Positions 45,056 through 52,712 of a stretch of DNA of 52,712 bases are shown here, piece after piece. The stretch covers positions 1 through 52,712 of the forward strand of contig JALAGF010005707.1 in NCBI GenBank assembly GCA_030167865.1, in the 5' to 3' direction. The translations under genes were made by a program, and so were the position numbers. The notes under the pieces were generated by a model. It did not search any database and had not been told where the DNA came from. It was given only the letters and a program-made list of their open reading frames with translations. The stretch is from Craspedostauros australis (lineage: Eukaryota). Position 1 is the stretch's first letter. Every line of letters starts with the position of its first letter.

Positions 45056-45086
45056 CAGAGCGGAGTACTCAACGTGCTCCGCTCTG
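45056..45086. other. 13-bp inverted repeat (hairpin) ~100 nt upstream of the STAND gene ATG
   Basis: CAGAGCGGAGTAC-tcaac-GTGCTCCGCTCTG gives 12 of 13 Watson-Crick pairs. Confidence 0.6.
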
Positions 45087-47149
45087 CGGCTTTCGCTCAT
45101 GATGTTGCTGCCTTTGCGGAGTTGTTGGTCCGCTCTTCGTGTGCGATCGTGAGAGTGAGGGAAAGTGCGAGCGCGAATGCGAGTGCGTCATCAGCTCCGC
45201 TCCCGCATCGTTTGTCTGTGTAGCTCGTACGAGCGACCTGTGTGAGTGACTGCGGCTGTGGTTGCGATAGTGATCGTCGCACCGTGTTGGGCCCGTTGGG
45301 ATTGAAATAGGTTGTACGCCACTTCGTCTTCAACCCGTTTCCTGCGGAGTTTGCGGGAGACTTCGGTTCCGTCTTCGGCAACCAAAAGCGATGTCGCGCG
45401 CACGGAGAAATACGCCAGCATGTGAGATCTTGATTTGATGAGAAACAGCATCAAGTGCCTTTGCAAAGAGTGGACTCTGCGTAGTCATACATCATACCTA
45501 GTACGGGTGCGGACAGATCAGACCGTCCAGCACTTCCTCACTTTGAGCTCTCCTTCATTATAGAATTGTATCGTTTGTGATTGTGCTCGAATAACACGGT
45601 CGCAGCCAGTGTGTCGTCAACCTGGGTCGTTGATGTTCGTGTGGGACGCAATGGACAGAAACGGAAACTACTTGATGATGTCTCGTGCGATTACGTGCAT
45701 GTATGTTGAACTGAGCGCTGTGAACGCCTTGCCCCGCATTCTTCACGTCTGATAAATACGCGTCGAGTCGATGATTGAAGATGGCCCAGCTACTTTGCCT
45801 CTCCAAATATCACCCACCGTCAGTTGCTCAATTCCCATTGTCAGACACGCAAGTGGTGCAAAGCCAGCAGTCGACCTCATGAACGAAGGAGGCCTTCGCC
45901 TCCGTTTTCTTTGTTCATTTCAGGCACAAAATCGACGCAGCATATCTGACCTTGAAGCGCTGCCCTGGATGGCCTGCGCGTAGATGAATGAAGAGCACCA
46001 AAGGCGTACTGGGTATCGTCTCTAAACGTACCGTTCAGCAGAGCGCATGCTACCGATGGAAAGACCTTCCATGAAGAACGTCTTGATGAATTCCATTTGT
46101 GGGTTGCTGTTGTGTATCAGGATCAATGCCGTGTTCCAGACCAAGCCAGTCAGATCCACGCAGTTGGCGTCATTCAATTCGAATTCGCCTCACGTACTTC
46201 ACAATGATCACAAAGGACAAATCATCCCAAACCATGAAGCCATTTAATTATTGATTTGATTGTAACGTTCCCAACGCCTACCTAACAGCGGCGACACGAA
46301 ACGGCCTCATGCAACTTCGCACGCACAGCAAGATGAACATCGTGTCAATCATACTCGAAATGGCCTACCGTGGATGATTTGAATCAGGAGCGATGAACGT
46401 CTTGACAAGACCCATCGTATCCAATCACACACCGCCAACCAGCCTCGTTTTTGGAACAGAGAGAAAGATGTGTGGTGTTGTTGACACAAACACGCACAGA
46501 TCCCTGCCACGTTCGCGCACGAGCTACACCCAACGCCAATCAAGACAAGGAACGATGGCGATGGTGTTGCGTGTTTGGGTGATGCAGAGAAGAAGTCGAT
46601 GAGACATTTTGTGTCGTGGCCTTGACGACGACAACACTGATGTTGAAGAGCAAGCGTGTGATTTGTGCGTTTCACTCTGCAATCCTCCGCTCTCTGTGTG
46701 GAACCGTGCCTCATGCCGGGCTTGTCGATGCTGCTGTTGCCTTTGTCGCGAGTTCCTCTCCGTCTCTGGTTGCGCACGCCGACGCGCCACCACGCAAGTT
46801 GAGGCAGGAAAGAAGGGCTTCGCGCCATGCGGCCTAGTTGCGTCGATTGGGAGTGCTCTCCGTATGTTGCACTTCTCTGCTCTGCTGTACTCTGCTCTTG
46901 CATGTCTGGATGGAATGGATTGATACTAGTTTGCTGGACTTGTGAAGCGGGAGACAGTTCACGTTCACGCTGCCTATCATCGCGATTACTCCCTGTGTAT
47001 GGTGTTCGTGGATCTCTCTATTATATGATTATAGTATGTGTTGTAGATTCGTTCTTAACGTTGGATGCTCCTCCTTCCTTGTTGTTCAAGTGGATCGCTC
47101 CTGATCTCTATCTTTGTGTTGTTGTACTATGCGTGCACACTGTATCTCT

Positions 47150-48691
47150 TCAGGGGGCTGATGGAGGCGAGGAGGTGGTGGGGGACAGGTAGCACTTCTG
47201 TGCCTCCCTGGCATCATGCTTGGCCAGATGAATGGCAGCGGAGACGCAGGTTCTGGACTGTTCTTCGGAGAGCTTGGCGATCCACATGGTGTCGACCATG
47301 CCCTGCTCTCTCTGAAAGTCCTGCTCCTCGAAGACGACTGTACGGATCTCACGTTTGGCCGTTTGTCTTTGCTGGTAGCAGCCGGTCGTCTTGTACTCCA
47401 ATCCGCGCGAGCAGAAGCCGTTGTCGGCCTCGTCGTCCTCCTGGCTGTCATGGTCGTCGCCATGGCTATCGTCGTGGTGATCATCGTGATCGCTGTCGTC
47501 CCAGATGAGGCTGCCCGTGCTGGTGGAAAGCTTGCCGCTGTTCATGAGGCGGATGGTCTCGAAGCACTCCCTGCGGATTTCGCGGAAGTCGTCGCGGGAG
47601 TACCAGATGCGGTTGATCTGATCCAGGTTGAGGTCGGCGCGGTTGACGACGCGCTTGATGCGCACGCGTGGGAAGAACTGGACCTTCTTTGCGGATGGCG
47701 TGTCCTTGTTGCTGCTGGTGGTCTGCTTCATGGCCGATTTGATGGGCGCGACAGGAGCGGCGGTCTTGAGAGATGCCGCGGTTGCTGCTGCTGCTGCAGA
47801 TGAAGGTGGCTTGGTGGACTTCTTGGCATTGCGATCGGCGCTCTTGGATCGTCTTGATTTGCTGGCGCTCCTGCTGCTGCTTCGCCTGCGAACGGGAGAG
47901 AGGGAGGCCTTGGACCTTCTGGAGGTGCTCGGGTGTCTGCGACGGCGCGTGTCCTTGCTCGCCGAGGAGGTGGCGCTCTCGAAGGTGTCGCAGGAATCGA
48001 TGCTGCTGAGGCTGGTATCGAAGCTGCTGAAGCTGCTGGCGTTGCTGTGCACGCTGCCGAGGTTGGCGAAGGCCATCTTGGTCCCCTTCTTGGCGCGTCG
48101 CGGCCCGGAGGTGGAGAGAGAGTTCTTGTTCTTGAGGCAGAGCTTGATGTCGAGGGAGTAGTCCAGACCGAGGACGGGATCGGAGGAGGTCTTGGCGACC
48201 TTGCTGCTGCTGTCATTGCCATTGAAGCTGCCATTGAAGCTGTTGTTGAAGCTGCTGTTGAGGCTGGTGTTGCCGCTGGCAGGGCCTCGGCGGGTGTGGT
48301 CAAGGGAGTAGTCGGAGCCTTCCGGGTTCCACAGGCTGGCCTGCTGCTGCTTCTGCTGCTCCTTGCGCTGGTTGTCGTTGAAGCGCTCGAGGTCCGCGAT
48401 GGACAGCTCGTTGCTGTCGGAGCCTCCGAACTTGTCGATCATGCTCTGGATCTTTCCTTTGGTTGGGACTGGGGATCGTCTGGAGGCTCCCTTCGATGAT
48501 GGCCTGCTGCTCCTTTTGTTGCTGCTGCTGCCGCTATTGCTATCGCTATTGCTGTTGCTATTGGCAGTGTTGGTGTTGAGGTTGCTGCTGGTGGTGCTGC
48601 TGCTGTTTGCGCTGCTTCCGCTGTTGTGGCGGCTGAGGCGTCTGTGCATGTTGCTCATGTCTGCTGCGTCGAGTTCGTGAAGAGGAGGCAT
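47150..48691 (-). CDS. Uncharacterised protein, 513 aa; member 4 of the VxF/W/GLE family
   Basis: Starts MPPL, with a long Ser/Arg/Asn-rich N-terminus. Contains KSAMK...KKVQFFPRVRIKRV.NR.D...IWYSRDDFREIRREC.ETI...CSRGLEYK...RQTAKREIRTVVFEEQDFQ...DTMWIAKL...S..C..AA..LA.HD. Confidence 0.9.
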   Translation of the reverse strand: MPPLHELDAADMSNMHRRLSRHNSGSSANSSSTTSSNLNTNTANSNSNSDSNSGSSSNKRSSRPSSKGASRRSPVPTKGKIQSMIDKFGGSDSNELSIADLERFNDNQRKEQQKQQQASLWNPEGSDYSLDHTRRGPASGNTSLNSSFNNSFNGSFNGNDSSSKVAKTSSDPVLGLDYSLDIKLCLKNKNSLSTSGPRRAKKGTKMAFANLGSVHSNASSFSSFDTSLSSIDSCDTFESATSSASKDTRRRRHPSTSRRSKASLSPVRRRSSSRSASKSRRSKSADRNAKKSTKPPSSAAAAATAASLKTAAPVAPIKSAMKQTTSSNKDTPSAKKVQFFPRVRIKRVVNRADLNLDQINRIWYSRDDFREIRRECFETIRLMNSGKLSTSTGSLIWDDSDHDDHHDDSHGDDHDSQEDDEADNGFCSRGLEYKTTGCYQQRQTAKREIRTVVFEEQDFQREQGMVDTMWIAKLSEEQSRTCVSAAIHLAKHDAREAQKCYLSPTTSSPPSAP

Positions 48692-51600
48692 GCTTATTGT
48701 TATCGTTGCTATCTCTGTTATCTCTGCTATCTCTGCTGTCGTTTGCTTCTGTCACTGTTGTGTGGTCTGAGGAGAGTGGGGTCGAGTAGAGTACTGGCGG
48801 TGTGCGAGCAAGTTGAGTTGTGTGGAGTCTTGTTCTGTTGGCTCAGAATGTTCGGTTTATGAGAAGAGAGGAGACGCAGCAGATCGGAGAGGGCGGAGAT
48901 GTCGAGCAGTTCAACTCGGAGTATCGCCATCTTGTCGTGTTGTTTTGGCGCTGGAGATTTCCTCGTTGCCGTTGTTCCTCCGCGGCAGCCGAAAAGCGAA
49001 AGACCAGGTACAACCGTGCCTCATCGAGTAGTACTGATCAGAGTCCGCGAACACGCGCACGCGCACGCATTGCACTTCTTTTGTGCATCGTGTTCCGTCT
49101 GCGATGTCAACCACGTCCCAACAACACAACACGACACGACACAACACGACACAACACAACACATCACAACAACACCGAACATCATTGCGAAAATAACTAA
49201 CCTTTCTCCGCATACCGGCATTCAGCAGACACGGCAGAACGCCATAGTTATGAAACATTGTGTGTAGTTTTCCTCTCAGCTGTGCGTGAGGCCGCCCTAT
49301 GTGTCAGCTTCAATTTATGCCCGCGTTGGTCTTGCCCGACGCTGGTTATGGCAGAAAAGCGAAGAAACTGTCAAGGTGTGATAATTTCGAGTTCCTCCCT
49401 TCTGATAGGTACCACTTGGGCCAATCGCCACAATAGCCCGTCAATGACCGCGGCGTGACAACAACAATCGTGTTGCCCGCTACGTGAACCAAGGACGCTG
49501 ACATCGCCATGAAACACGACACAATTATTCGTACCTCGTGCGTGCATGCATTGTGTCAAACACACAACCAACAACACGAGCAAGACAACGATTGAAACCC
49601 CAAAAAGTGAGCACAGACGCAACTGGGCACTTGCACCGCACGGCGATGCCGCACATCATGTCCTCCTGTTTTGCGCTTCACAAGATGGCCCGAAAACGAA
49701 AATGGCGCGCAACGAACTTGCAGGGCCAGCGAAGGCATCGACGAAGACCGCCCATCACAATGTGAGATGGAGATGCAGCCAAGGTGGTATTGATGTCGTC
49801 CACTCTGTCAGCTGGTCGATTGACTGATTGATTGGCTGGAGACATCAATGTCCCTTCCCAATCATACAAGCTCACATGCGACTGCAACTGCCAACACCTA
49901 TGGCCGCAGGCTTTCTGCATACTTGCAGAGATCACGGAGATGGAACGGAACGGAATGGGATGGTGTGGAATGGATCGTCGCTGGGGCTGCGTTGCAAGGA
50001 AAACGGACCGGATGTTACCAACCGGAATCCTTTCCTTTCACAATGGGACTTGCATTGCCCTCCTTGCGATCCACTCTTGCGAAGCTGTCTGTTCCAGAGC
50101 GAAGTCCTCCAGAGTACGCAGGATCGTATTCCTTGCTTTGGGCTTGCTTCCCATCGAGCATGTGTTGGAGAACCAAAGGAGAACAGCCCACGGGAGAAGA
50201 ACTTTCCGGCGGCTTGTATCCTTTCGGAGTTGCCATTTCATTCCGTTGCGGGCTCGCCTCTTCCTCCCTGGATGCAATCCGCATCGCCTGTGATCGCCGT
50301 GACCTGTCGCTGTCGGTTTCGGCGTTCCAGAGAGTCTCTAGAATACTCGTACTGCAAGTCATGCCTCTCCTGCGAGCCAGATCGATGGTGGATACCAATA
50401 ACATCCTTTACCCGCTCACTGATCCTGCAGCCGAAACGACATCCGCTGTCGTGCCAATCGATCCACCTGTCCATCCATCGCATACAAACATGCAAGCCTC
50501 CCGTTTCTCGCATGTTGGTGGGAGGTACGAAACGAAGACGAACCAATCCTACCTAACCATCGTGCCTCGCCGTCCAACTCCGCATCGATGTCAGGCGAGT
50601 CATCGACAGGCATCTCATCAACTCGTCAATCCATCAATCCATCAGCCCATCACGGATACATGCCATACATACTCACACGAGTCATTACGCGTTCCTCGTC
50701 TGGACCAAAAGCGAAATCAGAGAGGGGATCACACTCTCTTGTGGAACCCAATTTGTTCCTCCACATTGATTGCGGTCACGATGAAAGGGACAAAGGTCAA
50801 CAGATAGAGTCGTGACGAACTGCTTTCTCATGCGATGTCCTTGCGGGCCTGATTGCTGTCGCCCATGGCACATGTGTGCTTGTTGTGTCCTGGCATGAGT
50901 GACAGACAGAGCAGCATCTTCCAGACATGACCATCGTGGTTTGATGCGCGCTAGACGCTCCATCATTCCTTGGCCCCACGCACCATTCTATACGACGGCA
51001 AATACCCGCTTCTGTTTGGAGGTAGACAAACCTGAGCATCGACGTCATGATAATCCAGCCAGCGGATCAAGGGTGCAATAGGTTGTACCGTGATCCTCCT
51101 TCACGATCCAGCTCTTGCCGGATGCGATGGACAGTATTGGTGCAGACGCCCGGTCTGGTTTACTCGTTGGTAAACAAACGTGCACAGGAACACCCAAAAG
51201 TTGCGCTGCAAAGATCGTATACCTTGATGATCTAACAACACCTATCATCGGCACGAATTTGTGTGGAGTCAGTTCGAAATCAACCCGCGCTCCTTGATGC
51301 TTCGCAATGCATTGCATCCAGTGCCGACAGGAGACATGTGGAACGATCTTCTCCTCCCTCCATCCACTGTCCTGCCCATGCTCGTGGGCTAACTGATGCC
51401 TCGTCTTGCATATCGCCGCCCTCCATCACCTGCACACGATTGTTTGAGTCTATGCGACTCTCCAGAGCACAAGCAACACCATAACACCACACGATCTCGT
51501 TGGGCCTTGCCTCCTTCGTTCTATCCCTGACACGGACACCATGCGAGCTTCTTCGGCAAGGGGAAAGGGGATTGGCCGGTCACACCAAGCACCCTTCGTT

Positions 51601-52712
51601 GCATTTGCTGAGGAGATGCCAACACGCGGACATCCAACACCAATAGATCCGCTTGTTGCGTTTTCTCTTTTCTGGCCTCTCCGATCATAACTATACACAG
51701 TCGCTCGCGTACGCGTATGTACAAGCGCTCGTTGAAGCACTCGTGCGAACGAAATTACCCATTGAGTCTGAGAAGGGCTTTCATTGTCGCAATGGACATA
51801 CCCCAGCCCCCTTCTGTCCGCATCGTCGTATCGATGACTTCTCTCGCATTCCTCCATTCCATCAAGGGGGCTTGTGATCACCGCATACATCAAGCACCCA
51901 TGCCCAACAACCATGGCACACGACATGTCCCCTCCAGGACAAACGAACAGGTGCTCAACTTCATAGTAGATGCTCACAGCATCAGACACCAACAATTAGT
52001 CTCACCCTTTTGTTCTCAGCTGTTGTGACCCCTCGCCATTTTGGCAACGGATACGGAATGGCGGAGCATATTTGTTACCTCGCAGTAAATCCGCAAAAGC
52101 ACGGAGACAACCCAACATCGCTCCTTCCGCTTCCTCTTCCTGAACATTTGTTCCAAGAAAATCATTCCGAACAAAACACCCACGAACTCAAACCACGCAA
52201 TCATGCACACAAGGACTGCCGATTCCCATTGTTGTCATTCGCGTCCCTGCACAGAGCATCTTGCTCGCGGGGTTTCTGTCTGTATCTCATGCCGTTTGTT
52301 GTGGATAGCGGGAAGTTCTTTTGCGCCTTGTGTCGGCATCATCTTTTGCTTCAACGTCGCGATCAATATCTGCTCTTGATTGACAACACCAAACTATATT
52401 TTATGGATAGTTAGGATTCGGGCGTAGTTGGCGCGAATCGGTGGAGGATGTCTCTTGGATCTGCCAGCTTCGGGATAGCCGTGTGATGCAGTTCAAGAGA
52501 GGTGTACTGATTGAAGAGTTATAACTTGTAACGATGAGAAGTAGAGTGCTTTGTAGCTAATCTTTGTCTGTGTTTATTATGAGTTAGCTTGTAGTGTTAG
52601 TAGGGTGAAGAAACGATGCCACACAACTTTGGCGAGACCCTGCACTGATGTACTTGGTTCAGTGCTACAGGGTATACAGTCATTACAGCGCCTTGCTCTC
52701 CACACACGTAGA

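Noticed and set aside
46020..46190. Minus-strand fragment ANCVDLTGLVWNTALILIHNSNPQMEFIKTFFMEG as a pseudogene remnant
   Set aside because: Under 60 codons, no proper start and no recognisable homology.
47216..48680. Overlapping plus-strand ORFs of 105-195 aa
   Set aside because: Antisense shadows of the GC3-rich 47150-48691 gene.
49828..50807. Overlapping ORFs of 242, 153 and 319 aa in three plus frames
   Set aside because: No domain motifs or consistent codon bias, and two of the three start at non-ATG codons. Treated as chance ORFs pending transcript evidence.

Overview
Eukaryotic nuclear DNA, most likely from a pennate diatom (inferred from gene families, apparently intronless genes, CA-rich 5' leaders and multi-kb microsatellite-rich spacers). 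Bases 1-3833 are a decayed minus-strand DDD transposase (Sola3-like) with in-frame stops, frameshifts and one assembly gap; a second gap lies just upstream. The remainder holds 11 likely single-exon genes: RLP24 head-to-head with DEPDC5/IML1 (GATOR1), a YacP/Rae1-like NYN nuclease, a stand-alone STAND ATPase with helical repeats, a TPR-like protein, two small unknown proteins, and four dispersed paralogues of one uncharacterised family. These four are the most interesting signal. They share a C-terminal domain ([RK]xVxF...W...[RH]GL[EL]...V..EQ..Q...D..WIA...A...A..D) whose start resembles the RVxF-PhiPhi-R-W PP1-docking string, and all four begin Met-Pro-Pro-Leu/Met. No tRNA, rRNA or CRISPR array was seen. 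Family assignments come from motif recognition by eye, not from database searches.
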